Positions 12,550-26,560 of a stretch of DNA of 64,000 bases are shown in pieces. Both the position numbers and the translations under genes were made by a program. Below the pieces are notes generated by a model. It saw only the letters and a program-made list of their open reading frames with translations. It searched no databases and was not told the origin of the DNA. Source of the DNA: Mytilus edulis (Eukaryota); NCBI RefSeq assembly GCF_963676685.1, contig NC_092345.1, forward strand, positions 99,200,001-99,264,000, written 5' to 3'. Numbering within the stretch: position 1 is the first letter of the stretch; the number at the start of each line of letters is the position of its first letter.

Positions 12550-14565
12550 ATATAAAGGGAAGGTGAATAAAGATACATATTCTCTTCTATATTTTGTTGA
12601 TTTTATAAAAATAAGTCAATTAACCATTTAATCATTGATATGGTGTTATTCTTCACTTTTATAAAATACATAAAAGACACAAAGAAGATTCTTTCTTTCC
12701 TTTTACTATAAAATGAATATGAAATGACAGATACTGTTATTCGTATAGAAAATTATTCAAAGTAAATAGATTTAAATGATGATCAAACTATTATACAACA
12801 GTCTGACAAACAAAACACTTCCATCAAATTAGATGTTTTTTAAAGAACAAACTACATGTTTACTATCATTATTCATGTACACCTTTCAAAAGAATATGAC
12901 ATTACATCAATATAACAATATACAAATCTAACAAATAATCATATTATCTCCTCTGTTATTATTTTGAAATGTATTTGAATGCAACAGCAGCTACCACCGA
13001 GGTTAAGTTGTCTAGCAACCAAAAATTGATAGTCCATAGCAAGAGGGTTCCCAATTTATCATATAAACTTGATTGAGTTATCTTTACAAATTCAACTCCT
13101 CTAACATTATACCCTGCTTTCAAGTATAACGTTTTGCTTGCATTATGATCACTTTTGAAGAAGTAACTTAATTGCTCTGCTTATTTCGAAAGCAAACATT
13201 CATTGAGCCAAGATCTTTAAACCAAGAAACTAATTTACAAACACATAAAAATACTACACAATTTGGTGTGAAAACACCCCAATATGAAAACAATAAAAAA
13301 AAAAAAAACCAACATGAAAATGTTTCTCTTTAAAAAGGTACCACATTGTTTTAAATCAAATTACACATTTTTTAGGGATTTTTGTTTATTGTGCTTTGCT
13401 CAAAAACATATATGTTTTAATAGAGGTCTTCAAATAAAGATATGTTATTATTAATTTTGAGTTCTAAAGATAAGCATTTGATGTAAGTAACATTTTCTTA
13501 ATCTTCATATTAACTTTCAGAGTTATAAATAATATTCTTATATTAAATTCAGTGATACCAGTATGTGTGTAAGGGCTTATTAGAATTTATTTTATCAGAC
13601 ACATGAAATTGTTTTTTTTTATGTACAATGTTTCTTGAAGGATTATTGGATACTGTCCCTTTTATTAGTTAACAAAAATAGTATTTTACATCAAATCATA
13701 TAGCCATATACGCACATGCTCAAAAAGTCCGTTAATACTATTGCTGTTAACAATACTCTTGAAAGCATAAAGGAATTAGAAATAAATCTGTAAAGACTTA
13801 TACATTGTATTAAATATATAGAGAAAGGTAAAGTTTCTCTTATCTTGCCCTATTTAATATAGTATTTATTAAATGTGCCTGATATATAGCAGTCTCATAT
13901 TATTTCAATTCGATGTGTTCTAAAAAGGGTGTGGACTGGAGAGTTACACATTAGAATTGAAATAAATGTAATATTATACACATTTAAAAACTATTTATTT
14001 GTGCTATTTACTCCAGAAGTAAGAACACTGTGGTAATAAGTTATATACATACGGCAGCAGAACACATTTACCATGATTACAATATACACAATTTAAAATT
14101 TACAACAAATGATACACCTGTCAAAGCTATTGTTTTTAAAAATGTTTAATCCAATTTAAACCATAAACTAAAAAATTCTTCAAATGGTCATGGGAATACT
14201 GATATGATGTATTACTTTCTCAAGACATTTAAAATGTCCTTTTTTATGTTACGTTGTTGAAAGACATGTTAATTCTTATATAAAAACTGAATTGACAAAT
14301 GTGAAATCTCTCGAAATAAAAAAGTGAAATTCTCATTTTTTGTACAAATGTCAAGTATTGAATCACAAGTGTAAAGAAGATGTGCCAGATATTTCAGCTA
14401 GCTTCATTCAAGACTTTCCAAGAAGCATGCTGACGTAACATGCTCTTCTACATCAAATTCTTTCCATTTCACCTAAACTGTAAGTTAAACCAGTAGAACT
14501 GATATCTTTCTATAATGATACAATTACTAAACAATATCCAACAGACACACATGGTATTTCTCTAC

Positions 14566-17500
14566 TTAAAATTTCTTTAGTGTTTTCTTTATCAATGCCA
14601 TTCTCTGGAAAAAAGAAAAATGTCTTATAGTGATATCATAATATCTAAATTCTTTGAAGCATGTTTCTAAGTGGCTTTTATAAATTAGTATAATATAAAT
14701 GTGTATAATTGTGAGGAATTTATTTCTGTGGTTTGAGAAACATTTGCTATTTCAATAACAAATCTTTTGTGAATAGTTGTCTTATTGTGAATAAACCACA
14801 TCAAAGTGTGTTTTTTTTTTTATTGTATAAAAAAACGTTAAAAGGCTATGAAAACAAATGAGGTAACTGATTTGATGTTGTCTTTTCTTTAATATTTTTA
14901 ATCACTTTTGGTTGAATATCTATTAGTATGCCGTGGCAAAATTTAAATGTGTGGCTTTACAGTTGTTCTGTGCTATGTATCCTAAACTTATTATATACCA
15001 ATTTAGTTATGCCATACATCTATGACCATAAATTCAATAAATTCAACAATAAAATGTAATTAATTTCTTTGTATAATTAACACCAAGTGAATACATGTAT
15101 AAAGTTTCAATGATTGGATTTAATTCTCAAAGGCTTCTCGAAAAGTTATAGTAATTTGAATAGGACCTAATAAGAAGTAGGGTCCTTTTGGTCCTTGAAT
15201 TTGTATCTTAAGATGTTAATACATTTAAGTAAACTCTGGCAAAGATAATTTAATTTGTGAACACCTCTAACAATGATAACTACTGATCTTTCTTTAGTAA
15301 CAACTTCTCAGATTTATACTAATACATCCTTTCCTTTCCTATGTTAAACTATCAATTAAGCTAGGACAAAACATGTGTTTTGTATTTTTAGATAACTATG
15401 GGCTTTTTAATTGGAAAAGAGCAGAAAATGTAAGGAACTGAATATGTTTTTTTCACACAATCCCAATTTATTTTGGTGTATCGTCAGCACCTGTCTTGAC
15501 AACACCTATTGTTGTACAATATCATACTCATAGGAGTGAAATTATCATTTTTTATTTCATAAGTGAATTATCTGTTTTGCTTCATAAGTGAATTATCTGT
15601 TTTATTTCACATGTGAAATTATCTGTTTTTACTTTACATGTGAAATTATCAGTTTTTATTTCACATGTGAAATTATCTGTTTTTACTTCACATGTCAAAT
15701 TATCGTTTTTTTTTATTTCACATGTGAAATTATCTGTTTTTACTTTACATGTGAAATTATCAGTTTTTATTTCACATGTGAAATTATCTGTTTTTACTTC
15801 ACATGTCAAATCATCTGTTTTTATTTTACATGTGAAATTATCTGTTTTTACTTCACATGTGAAATTATCAGTTTTTACTACACATGTGAAATTATCGTTT
15901 TTTTTTATTTCACATGTGAAATTATCTGTTTTTACTTTACATGTGAAATTATCAGTTTTTATTTCACATGTGAAATTATCTGTTTTTACTTCACATGTCA
16001 AATTATCTGTTTTTATTTCACATGTGAAATTATCTGTTTTTACTTCACATGTGAAATTATCGTTTTTTTACTTCACATGTGAAATTATCAGTTTTTATTT
16101 CACATGTGAAATTATCAGTTTTTATTTCACATGTGAAATTATCGGTTTTTACTTCACATGTGAAATTATCAGTTTTTATTTCACATGTGAAATTATCGAT
16201 TTTTACTTCAAATGTGCAATTATCTTTTTTAACTGCACAAGTGTAATTATCTGGGTTTTTTTCACTTGGAATTCATAATTCATTGCAACCAATGTAACAA
16301 TATATGTTTTCTCAGTCCACAGATTATGTGTGATTGTGGAAGAACTAATGGTACATGTTTGATCATATTATCATACCTGTTTATGAGCTTCTGTTGTTGC
16401 TGCTTTCTTGTATGGCCTTAACTCATCTGAACCATATCCTGGCACATATATATTCCAATTCCTCTCTGTAATAATTAGCAAATATTTAACTGCAATGTTG
16501 CTATACACTATGAACAAAACAAAAGTAATAATTGAAATAATTGAAATTTAACAAGAAGATTCTACTTTTTCTTAATTATAATTAAAAGAAGACAACACAG
16601 TTTGCATACAAAACATCAGCAATAACTGAATAAGGTTATCTTTTTATCACAAATAATTCTAGTCATTTTGAATTTGTCCTGTCAAATAATAAAATGCTGG
16701 TAACTGAATGTTTTAGAGAGACTTCTTTTCATTTACTAAGTTATTTATACATCCATCTGCCATGTCCGCAGATTGATAAAAAAAACTAATCCCTATAACA
16801 AACCTAAATGCATCTGTACATCTTTGACCTCTAATGTATTAGATTTTCTGTGTTTAGCTATCTTACATGCTGCACTAACAACATTTTCTATAAAATCATC
16901 AGCTATATGCATTAACACCTGTAAAATAAAGTTATAAAAGTACATATGTATCAAGATGTGAGCTCTTATTTAAGAAATGTTGTATTTTCTACCAAGAATT
17001 AACAATAATATGTTTTTTTTCAAGCTTTCAAGTTATCTGACTTATAATAATAAGTTATTCTGCATCCATTTGAATTGCTTAATGTAAACCTGACCTAATT
17101 TCTTCCTTGGTGATACCCTGTAATTGTTTTTAAGTAGATGTTATGTCTTATGATCAAAAAGCCATGTCAGGCATATAAATGAGAGAATTAGAGAATTTGT
17201 GCTAAGACTTTATTCATATTACATGTAATTCATTGATTATTATATAACTGCAGGTCTACTGTTAGATTGATGTACCAATGATTATGAATATACTAAGTTA
17301 GGAGCCTGTAATTCAGAGGTTGTCGTTTGTTGCTGTGTAACAAATTTGTTTTTTGTTTATTTGTTGTATATTGAATAGGCTGTTAGTTTCTCTTTTTATA
17401 GCTGACTATGCGGTATGTGCATTGTTAAGTGTTGGAGTCTGTACTATGACCTACAACTGTTAATTTATGGTTCATTTGGTCTCTTGTAGAGATTTGTCTC

Positions 17501-19745
17501 ATTGGTAATCATTCCATATCTTCTTTTTTATAAGTAAGTTGACATACAGAGTTATCTCCCATTTTGTTCTCCTTTTACAGTTGTTGAGGATGTCAACGTT
17601 TTTCCTTTCTATTCAGCAATTAAATAATTTGAAAAAATTAAGTGTATGAGGTCACTCCTGGCTTTAATTAAGTGTATGAGGTCACTCCTGGCTTTAATTA
17701 AGTGTATGAGGTGACTCCTGGCTTTAATTTAAACTATAAGCTGCTCAATGTTTAGTATTTCACATGTTGGTTTTTTTTTATGACTGCGGCTGTGACATAG
17801 TATGTTTCACTTCAACTTTGTTTTCCATTATTCCAGCTGTATCTTCTTTCATTTTTAAACAACAAATAGAGGCTTGTAGGAAGGAAGAACTTTAATTTTG
17901 AAGTGTTTAAGTCTTTTTACATAGTATGATTGCAGAATGTAGATTTACAAAAGTAATTGCAACAAAATTTACAATAATAATTAAATAATCTTGTTGATAC
18001 TTTAAAATACAATCCCTTTTGATTCAAAAACTTATATTTCATTGAAATTATTACTATCCATGAAAACCTTTTTGTTATCCATGGGACTCAATCTGATGTG
18101 TTGTTCATAGAGCCAACATAGTTTTGCTCACAAAGCAGCCAGGATTTCTTGTTTGTTTTATTCAACATTTTGACATGGTTGGGCCTTTTAACTTACTTTA
18201 ATGTGTGACTCATTGCTGACAGCCATACAGTGAACTTTAGTTGCTTACATGTTTATGAACTTTATCTATAGTTTTTGGTCTCTGGTTGAAAATATCAACT
18301 TGAGATGTGTCTTATTGGCAATTATACTGCAACTTTTAATCTAAAGCTGTTTTTTTATCACTTTTTATACATCTGTCAAAAAATGTATTCAGATAGCACC
18401 ATTGTAAAGATACAATAGCTACAACACCCTTGGAAGTACACTACTATACTCTACCTCTTCTACATCATCATCCAGCTGTTCCATTGGATCCACTTCCTTA
18501 ACCAGCTCCTGTAATCTTCTTTTATCTAATACTTTAGTGTCTTGTACACCCATGCTTGATTGACCTGAGGAAGGTATAGGCTGTCTTATTGCCAGACCTG
18601 GCTGACCTAAGGTCATCACTGGTGTAGGAGCTGAAGATGTAACACCAACTGGTATAGAACTGCTACCAGTCACTAACTGTCCTTGCTGGTGAGTCTGATA
18701 ATTGAAATTGATACATTTATAACAGATTTAAAACATAATCTAAATCATTAATTTTTCTGCTTTCTTTGAAAAATTTCAAAAGTAATATCTGGAAGAATGA
18801 ACAAGTTGTCATTCATATTCTACCCACTTGTTGTTTAAAGTATTGGAAAACAGGGAGATGGTGTTTGATAAATCTGATAGGGACACACACTTCACAAATC
18901 ATCACTCTAAAGCTGCTGGCAACATATGAAGTCATTCAGAGAAAAAAATAAACTAACAAAATTTAAAGTTCATTCAACTTATTAAAAAAATCATAGTATC
19001 GACAAACAGAAGTGCTTACATGTTACAATTCATCAATTTAGAAGCTAATGAAATATGAAGTCATTTTATTCAGTAGTATCTGTGAAAAGTGTAACAAAAA
19101 TATTTGTTAGGCAAACTGACCTAAAAAAAATCAGAATGAAGAAGGTGATTGTAATATAATCCTTTCTTTTAGAGTGGGGATATAAAATATATTTCACACT
19201 ACAGCCCATATCAAAGTTAGACAATCAATGTAAGAGTAAATGTCAGCAAACTGAGTATATTACACATGTATTATAGAAAAAATAATATGTGTCATAATCA
19301 AATTTCTTTCAGTCATTCTTTATGAAGCATATACATTTTTAGCTTTGCTTCACGGAATGTAGATTTTTTTTCAAAATAGAAATATTCAGCATTTTTCTGT
19401 GGTCTTGAGTGTTTTTGTTTAAGAAAAATGTTACTTGTAAGTTGTTGCAAACAAATGGATTCTGACATCTACATTTTTTGTAAGTTTCTCATCTAGTAGA
19501 GCTACATCATGGAGATTGGACGTGACAGAGTTTCTGTTTCTGTTTCTGTTTGTTGAATTGTATTTGTTTTAGATCAATGCAAATTATCACAAAAAAGGAA
19601 CAATACATGTAGGTTGTGTCAATATCAATATTGCTTAAAACATAATAATGAGCAAACTATGACTGGGTAATGTTCTTACTGTGTTGTGAAACTGAACATT
19701 TGAAGGCTGTCCAGGTAAATTAGAAGTTACTTGTACTTGATTCAT
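14566..19745 (-). CDS. TAF12: TFIID subunit 12 (182 aa; exons 19745-19680, 18694-18455, 16918-16804, 16465-16377, 14604-14566)
   Basis: The spliced product contains the TAF12 histone fold VLDKRRLQELVKEVDPMEQLDDDVEEVLMHIADDFIENVVSAACKIAKHRKSNTLEVKDVQMHLERNWNIYVPGYGSDELRPYKKAATTEAHKQRMALIKK. All introns are GT-AG and phase-consistent. The N-terminal exon is the least certain. Confidence 0.95.
15534..16250. repeat. ~27-bp minisatellite (~26 copies) in TAF12 intron
   Basis: Unit tcacatgtgaaattatctgtttttatt with recurring variants. It accounts for the repetitive ORFs at 15582-16278. Confidence 0.95.
17635..17729. repeat. 30-bp tandem repeat x3 in TAF12 intron
   Basis: agtgtatgaggtcactcctggctttaatta repeated three times. 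Confidence 0.95.
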
Positions 19746-20721
19746 CTCTGTATAAGCACATACATGTATACCATACTACAGTCTGAAAAATAATTTAAAA
19801 GAGTGCACACACTGAGATGTCTAGTCTGCTTTCTGATCATGATCTGATGATTGATTTTGTGTTGAATGTCTTACAAAAAAGTTTATAAGTAATAAACACA
19901 AACGTTGACATGATTGATAGTAATTGATCAAATATATGTATATATACTAAAAAAGGCACCAGATTCAGAGGGGTTAAATGTAAAGATAGAACCAATATCA
20001 TTAAAAATCTGGTTTACAGATAATGAATCAAATCATCAGGTTGGGCTCAAGTCAGAAAAAGTGGGGTATTCAGTTTTCAGAGTACACCCTAGTTTTCTGG
20101 GTCTTCCTATTTCTATTTCAATTTATGGCATGAAATCTACAAAAGCGCATATTTAAACTGTATAAGTAGTATTTGTAAATATTTGAATTATTTCAGGAAC
20201 AACAAAATATGTAAGAATGAAGCCTTGTTTTTACTAGAACTCAAAAACATACAGATCTTGTTTATGAATCAAATGATTAAGCTGCATGCTCCAGGTGTAA
20301 CTGACCATAACTGAATTATGTTCACTCCCATCGAAACTTTTTATCCATTAAATTTAAATACGGTTATTATACCCAAGTGATTAACTCATCTTTTTGTCAT
20401 CTCATAATTGATGATCAATGTATGAATTGTTGAACAAAGGAATTATTTTGTTGTGAGTTCAGCATCAAACTAGACTTGATATTAGCTTGATTTGTTAACT
20501 AATAGAAACACTTGCTATCATAAAAATATGTTATCATATGTAGAAGGTGCGGTTTTGTAGATTTTATACCATAAATTGAAAAGGATAAACAGAGTCCTGG
20601 TAAACTGGTGTGTTCTCTTAAAACTGGGAATACCCCAATTTTCCTGACTTGAGCCCAACCTGATCATAGTTTTATTCATTGCAACTGTTGTAAGCTCTAC
20701 AGTCTCTAGTGATCAATTTAA

Positions 20722-21266
20722 GGGGGCTCGCGGGTCTAACTAGGATTTTGCTATTTTTTTCTATGATTAAACTTTATCTTATACCTAATAGAAATATTAA
20801 ATAAAATTATGGGGTCACCATTCATTGAAGCTCACAATCTGCCTCCGAAAGAAGCATACATTTTTGTTAATGTCCTTTTATTCTGTTGAACTAATAGGAG
20901 AAATATTGGTAATATCAAATAAAAAAAGAACTACAGAAATCGCTTAAATTTTTCATTTGTGTTTAGTTTAAGTACAGCTTGTATGAAAACAATAATAAAA
21001 AATATGGGTCACCAATTCATGAGTTAAAAAAGATATTTCAATTTAAACGTCAAAAAATGACATTTTTTGCACCAAAGGGAGATAATTTGGAGCTTTTTCA
21101 ATGATATAAATATTTTAAAACTCATCTGTGGCCAAACCAAATCGATTTGTCTGGGTGATTTTTGTACCATATTATAAAGTAATAACTAATAGTGTAATAA
21201 CTAAAATTTGTAATGAAAAAACAAATATTTATTTTTTTGCTGAATTTTGTGTACCCGCGAGCCTCC
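20722..21266. mobile_element. Non-autonomous TTAA-targeting DNA transposon (Kolobok-like)
   Basis: TTAA on both sides. TIRs GGGGGCTCGCGGGT / ACCCGCGAGCCTCC. Purine-purine termini with a TTAA TSD fit Kolobok rather than piggyBac. Confidence 0.8.
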
Positions 21267-21532
21267 TTAAATTGTCATTATGATGCATGTATATTACACA
21301 TACACACATAGTTAGACAAACATACATATAATTTTTCACAATAAGACATATAACAGGCAAGCATTCAAGCACATAATCAGGGACTTTCTATAGTATAGTC
21401 TAAAGTCATAATATAACCAAAATAAAATAAAACTGTTATGGTAAAATCAAAGCAAACTAATTTAGCTTTAAATGATTGCCCGTAGTAGTTGGATATAATT
21501 TTCAGCACTAATTAACGTTTATGTTTTATATT

Positions 21533-21612
21533 ACCTATATATTATGTGAAAAAGGGGAATTTTTAAATATACTACATTTCAAAAGTAAACATCATGAACA
21601 TAAACCGGAAGT
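21533..21612 (-). promoter_or_regulatory. Candidate TAF12 promoter/non-coding first exon
   Basis: ETS motif CCGGAAGT at 21605-21612 and a minus-strand donor AG|GTAA at 21535/21534. The downstream acceptor tttttcag is at 19783. Confidence 0.45.
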
Positions 21613-21724
21613 ATGACATAGAAACTAAATTAAAATCGGAATCCGTTCGCCAAACCCATTCACGCTCGCCCTATTATCGTTCGCCCCTTTCACGTTTGCC
21701 CGCTTTCACGTTCGCACCTACTCA

Positions 21725-21810
21725 AAATAATTATGACGTCTGGCAAGGCAATTTGCGTCCAAGAAAAAAAACCCAGAAAAAAATAGCCTTGCCAGACGTC
21801 ATAATTATTT
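21725..21810. repeat. Small fold-back MITE with 25-bp perfect arms
   Basis: aaataattatgacgtctggcaaggc (21725-21749) and its reverse complement (21786-21810), inside a ttcgcaccc-rich repeat. Confidence 0.8.
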
Positions 21811-22289
21811 GGACTAGTTCGCACCCCACCCTTTTTACTGAAGGTGTTATGTTGCATAAGATTTTTATCATGATTTAATTTTAGTTAGTGTATTGCTAGA
21901 AGTTAATGAAAAGAAGTGTGTTTATTGTATTTAAAAAAAATAGAGTGGAATACTTAAAACATAGAAGGTTTTATCAGTTTTGTGATTTTTTTGGCGAAAT
22001 TCAAAGAAGACTTCTGTAAAAAAAAAAAAGGTGGTCCAAACAGAAAGTCCGTAATCAAATGGCAAAATCAAAATTAAGCTCTAACACATCTCTGAAACGA
22101 ATGGAGAACAACTGTCATGTTCCTGACTTGGTACAGGCATTTTCTTATGTAGAAAATGATGGATTGAACCAAATGGGCATTTAAAAAGTCAGAATGCGAA
22201 TAATATATGTTCAAACTCTTTTCTGTTTTTTTAGTAACAATAAACAAAAGAATCATGTCAATTGGACCTGCTTTGATACTATAACTGCC

Positions 22290-22760
22290 CTTCAAGTGAT
22301 TTTTTTGCTAGATAACATTTTTGTTCTCTATGGGGATTCCGTTGTCGTCAAATTATCGGAATTCAAATGAGGACAAACTGTGCACCATTTATTGCTGCCC
22401 TGTTTATGTATTGTTACGAGTTACCATGTATGACTAAAATCAGCAAAGACCCATCGAATCAACATCTAATACAAAAAATAAATAACACTTTTAGATATTT
22501 GAATGATATATTGGCTCTCAATAAATTATGACGACTATAGTATATTCACTAAAGAGATTTATCCTGCTAAACTGACTTAAAATAAAGCTAATAATAACAA
22601 TGAAAACTGCCCTTTTTTGCATTTCGATATCTTAATATTGAACTAGAAGCTTTCCTTTTGTTAATTATCCATTTTTAGATGGCACCACAACGTTCCTGTT
22701 TAATTCGCTTGTGTATGAAACAACGTATTTGTTTTTGACGAAAGAAATCTCTGTATTACT
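22290..22760 (+). pseudogene. Penelope-like retroelement RT relic, 5' part
   Basis: Frameshifted RT motifs LLDNIFV / RQIIGIQMRTNCAPFIA / NNTFRYLNDILALN. The sequence continues at 28219 after the insertion. Confidence 0.75.
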
Positions 22761-25425
22761 CACGGTGGGTATGGTTGTCCTGCGAGAGAACGTTCTGTGC
22801 TGGTGATTTGGTCCTGTCAGGTGCTGGTGGGTCCTGATTCTGTGCTGGTGGGTTTGTTTACATTATATCAGAACGGCAATAAAAGGCGACTGTTTTGTTG
22901 CTTAATTTTTCTCTGATGCGTCAGAACCATGCAAAGTATATTACAACAATATTATATTGCAAAAGTCGTGCAAGTTCGTTAAACGGAATTGTCCTGACGC
23001 TGTGCTGGTGATAAGAAAAACGGTCCTGGTTCTGTGCTCCTAAGTCCTGGTTCTGTGCCTTTATATTTTAGTTAAAAGTGGCATATATTCAAGACCATTG
23101 ATGCTGTACTGTTACTGACTAATTAACTGTTGTCTGCTTTCTTGAAATTGACATTGTTGTGGTTCTGTTTACTGTTATTATGAGAGAAAAAATACCCCTA
23201 TTTTTTTATTTTTTTAACATTAACTGTAATCTTAGAATGAAATTCAAAACAGTGTAGCTGTGGCCGTTGATTGACACATTAAAATCATCCATTGACTGGG
23301 CTGTTAATGGAACCCTTCTTGCCCCCTTTTAAGATAAGAAAATATGTTTACGATTTTCGGGATTACGATCATTTTGCAAGATCACCAAAATACGTTGTAA
23401 TTTATACAATACCTATATAAAGTAGATGATGTGGTATGTTTGTTGTCAATGGACGAATTTCCATAAGAAACCAAAGGAAGTATGTGTTAACAACCATACG
23501 TCGTCATCGTACGACCTTCAACAATAACCCATAACATAAAAATGTAAAAGGTTTTGCATAAAAATGGAGAGCAACAATATAGAACAAAGGACTTTCTGAG
23601 CGATTGAATCATATGTGAATTTGATAGCTGACTATAAGAATGACAATAGTATTGCGGGTTTGATTTGTTTGTTGTTTTTTTTGGGGGGTGGGGGGTGGGG
23701 GGGGGGGTGATAAGTTAGAGCGAGGTTACAGTGAAAGTTTTAAGCTTGGAATAGTTTCCCGTAAGATTTAAAAGTTGTATTTCAAAAGAAAAATGTATCT
23801 TATAGCTATTAAGAATCACTTGCTGTATCTGTAAGATTTTTTCAACATAATTTTTTCACTATTTTATGAAAGGGCAGACTAGAATATGTCAGAGAATGAA
23901 GACGAAATAACCTAGAGAACACTAACAAAACTAAGATGTCTTCGCTTTTTCATTTTAAAATTCCAAAATAAATAAATATTTTTGATAAAGAATTACGGGG
24001 GAGGAAGTGAACAATGTGTCCTACTTTTCTATATTTAAATATTTTTATGAATAAAAATCAAATGTGCCTTTATTATAATTGAAAATGAGTAAATGGAAAA
24101 AATACCCAACTAAAATACACTTTTATTTTAATATTGATAATATCACTAAGCTTTTAAGTTTTGTGTGTCAAACACACCATCTCTGTAGTAATGACTCCTT
24201 ACTAAGATATTTCACTTCATCCATTTTTTTTCTGCATTTTTTTCTATTGTAAATTTTAAGTATTATTATATTAAAATGTAGCCTTAATTTATGTTTAAAA
24301 AAACTGAATCTAAAGCCAGATATATCAAACATTTTTGTTTCCATCTTTCCGTTTTCAGGACTTTAACAATCAACGTAAACACGCCTGGAAAGTAAAATGA
24401 CGCAACGTTAGATATTGCTACTACCACGAAAAATAGCGTTAAGTAAATATTTGACCGGAAATTTTTTATAGAAATGCTGTCAGAAATAAATATTTCAAAT
24501 TATACATGAAAATAAAGATTGATTCTTACATTTGCACATTATGATAGAGAAAGAATAAAAATATATGCATAGGCTTAGGAAGACACAGATTATCCGAAAA
24601 ACGTTTACCTAGCGTTGTCCCATGTAACAAACTCGGGACATAAAACTCGCACAATTCGCGAAATGTTCACGCAACTCTTCGAAATTTTGCATGAACCTTC
24701 TATGGCGTGATATATTTCAGTATTGGTTAACATGGCTGTCTCCATTTAAAATTTGCATACATATTTTCAAAAGAATATGATGTATGGAAATGTCCCATCG
24801 GAAATTTAATTTGGAAACTTCAAACATTTCAGTTCATGAATAAAATTTTTACAGAAAATTAATTAAATTGTAAGCACGATCGTTTTGTACTAAGTGTAAG
24901 CTTCCAAAATTCGAATTGAAAAATAAATTGAGCTACATATTCAATTCAAAACAATAGATTTGCAATGTCTTGCGGAAATGTCCGAGTTAAACTTTCATGC
25001 CTTCACAAAACTTTTACGGCCAGAAAAACAGAGATTTGATTTCGTGAAGATTATTTTTCGGCTTTGATAACCATACCAATAAAAAGTACTTTTAAAGTTG
25101 AAGTTGGTACACCAAATAGCATTAACATTACATGGTTATCTATAAAAAATACGGATTAATGAAAATTTCTTGCAAGTTTGTCCGTTGTCATAATTTGACG
25201 TCGCCAGAAGCGTTATGCTAGCTATAGGGACGGTATAAACTGCATTCGCTTGTTCCTTCCTCCACTAAATACAAATGTCCTGCTTTCAACAAAACGAAAT
25301 GATGCACACATTACAAAAATACACATCTATAAGACGATAAAAAAAAAAAAAAAACATCAGTATCATACCTATAAGCTATTGTATGTTGCTGCTTGAATAA
25401 AATCATACTCGGGTTGAATATATAA

Positions 25426-25650
25426 GGGGGTCTCATTGGGGGGTTCCGATCCCGGATCCCGCTTACTGTTTTGTCAGGTTCCCGTATCCCGCTTACACTA
25501 TGTACGTAAACAATTCTCATTTTTTTGTCATTTCCCGGGTCCCGCTAGACCTCATTTCCCGTTTTCACGACACAATAATTTGACTTTCCCGTGTCACGCT
25601 TACCAAAAATCGGCAGTCCCGCATCACGCTTAGACCCCAATGAGACCCAC
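25426..25650. mobile_element. MITE nested in the CAC element
   Basis: TIRs GGGGGTCTCATTGGGG / CCCCAATGAGACCCAC, flanked by atataa on both sides. Confidence 0.75.
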
Positions 25651-25992
25651 ATATAATGCAGCAATATTCCTCCAAAAACACATAATTACTAGCATTAAAA
25701 TTGCATTTCCTATGTTAATTATAAAATCATATTGGATTGGATTCTCACGGCATTTACACTTGTGTGTTATACTTTGCATTTACTAAAAAAGGAAAGCAGG
25801 AAGAATTAGATAGTGTACGTTTTCAATTTAACGTCATTTTTCTGTTACACTAAATGGTAGCAATATCTGACGTTGCGTAAAATGCGTACTCGGCTGTCTG
25901 TAATCGACCATTTTTAGACACCCTCCTAAAAAAACAAGCCGGGGGTGGGGGTTCAGAGATGTAAATTAAGTACTTAGATCAATATTTTATCC

Positions 25993-26237
25993 CTTGTCAC
26001 CATTGGTGAGTATGGTCTTGAGGAAACGATGAAAGTCCGTCGGAAGGGGACGATAAATGGCTGACCCGTGTTAAGAGAGAGCCACATCTCTTGCACATTA
26101 AAGACACCCTTGTAGATTTCGAAAAAGAGTAGGCTAATGCCGCTACAAGGCAGCACTCGCACCCGCCAAGTGGAAAGGGATTAATATAAGTTGCAAAACT
26201 TGTTTCCCAATCCACTATAAATAAATATGTTTAAACT
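25993..26237 (+). mobile_element. 5'-truncated SINE (Meta-domain-like) nested in the CAC element
   Basis: Target duplication aatattt(t)tatc at 25981-25992 and 26238-26248. Central tgcacattaaagacaccc motif and AT-rich taaact tail. The family assignment is from recall, not from a search. Confidence 0.6.
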
Positions 26238-26560
26238 AATATTTTATCTTTTCGTGTATGGTTCATGACCCCGTCTGTGGCCTGAACAGTTTAAAACAAT
26301 ACAAATCTACACACACAAAAAACTGGCTTAATTTCAACTGGTTATCAACCCGAATCGCTATAAGATCATATATAAGCTCACCTGTGTCGAGGGGTCGTGT
26401 GAGGTTCATTTATTGTCTTTGCGTCCGCAATTACAAAAAGATCTTTTCTGAAATTACTTGACCATATGTTACCAAATGATTTATCAAGAGTGAATCTAGG
26501 AAATACAATATTCATCAACAAACATGACCACTGTCTGTTAAAATGTATTCGAGTTTTTAG

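Noticed and set aside
15582-16278. Three long repetitive ORFs (TCEVKTDNF / FYFTCEII / HVKLSVF)
   Set aside because: By-products of a stop-free 27-bp minisatellite inside a TAF12 intron.
23683-23708. G-run as a functional G-quadruplex
   Set aside because: A simple homopolymer tract inside a transposon, with no supporting context.
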